Of a stretch of DNA of 64,000 bases, positions 63,845-64,000 are shown piece after piece. The notes below the pieces were generated by a model. The model made no database searches, was not told where the DNA came from, and saw nothing but the letters and a program-made list of their open reading frames with translations. Where the stretch lies: positions 128,001-192,000 of IMG/VR virus record IMGVR_UViG_3300030117_007612; one strand, written 5' to 3'. This DNA is from a virus (lineage: Duplodnaviria > Caudoviricetes). The position numbers were made by a program, and so were the translations under genes. Position 1 is the stretch's first letter, and the number at the start of each line of letters is the position of its first letter.

Positions 63845-64000
63845 TTTGGTGAGGGTAAGAAATGATCCTGATGGGTGGCTTGGCATTGGTATCGTTCTTG
63901 ATATTCTTCCGACCACCAAACAAGTTAAAGTGCATTGGGTTGATGAGTGGGAAGAGTGTCCGATTGATTGGAGCACCATGTGGACATTGGAGGTTATAAG
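63831..64000 (+). CDS. MKVGDLV mini-gene 3 (3' truncated, not in ORF track)
   Basis: GTG start; MKVGDLVRVRNDPDGWLGIGIVLDILPTTKQVKVHWVDEWEECPIDWSTMWTLEVI.. Confidence 0.8.
   Translation, partial: MKVGDLVRVRNDPDGWLGIGIVLDILPTTKQVKVHWVDEWEECPIDWSTMWTLEVI

Noticed and set aside
1-64000. Minus-strand and nested short ORFs in the ORF track
   Set aside because: They are shadows of long + strand genes, without SD sequences or recognisable motifs.
1-64000. CRISPR array, IS/transposase, integrase, intron or intein
   Set aside because: No regularly spaced repeats or mobile-element motifs were seen, and RNR, DnaB, RecA and DnaE have normal uninterrupted lengths.
1-64000. Stop-codon recoding
   Set aside because: TAA, TAG and TGA all end conserved genes at expected positions, and coding density is high under code 11.

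Overview
This window is part of a large lytic myovirus (contractile-tailed dsDNA phage) genome with a T4 gp23-type major capsid protein. It uses the standard bacterial code and essentially all genes lie on the + strand. About 1-24.5 kb is a morphogenesis block: scaffold end, capsid, neck, two tandem ~1000-aa tail sheath paralogs, tube, a probable frameshifted chaperone pair, tape measure and baseplate. About 24.5-44.6 kb is replication and nucleotide metabolism: a minimal family-A polymerase, degenerate tubulin/FtsZ, gp32-like SSB, RecA, UvsE, 5'-3' exonuclease, DnaB, class II RNR, GroES-like, DnaE, adenine MTase and IMPDH/GMPR. About 44.6-64 kb is accessory: ClpP, GroEL, PMM, protease, nucleotidyltransferase, MgtC, tRNAs, a ParB-like protein and many small SH3/KOW-like ORFs. 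Two promoter classes are visible: sigma70-type TTGACA-N16-18-TATAAT, and a recurring (A/C)CTAHTTA motif before structural genes. The most unusual observations are a D-armless, long-V-arm tRNA-Ile(UAU)-like gene, a tandem array of MKVGDLV mini-genes joined by a dual-coding SD/start/stop junction, strong over-representation of GCCGGC/GGCGCC palindromes, and several enzyme folds with altered catalytic motifs. All product calls come from motif recognition by eye; no database searches were run.
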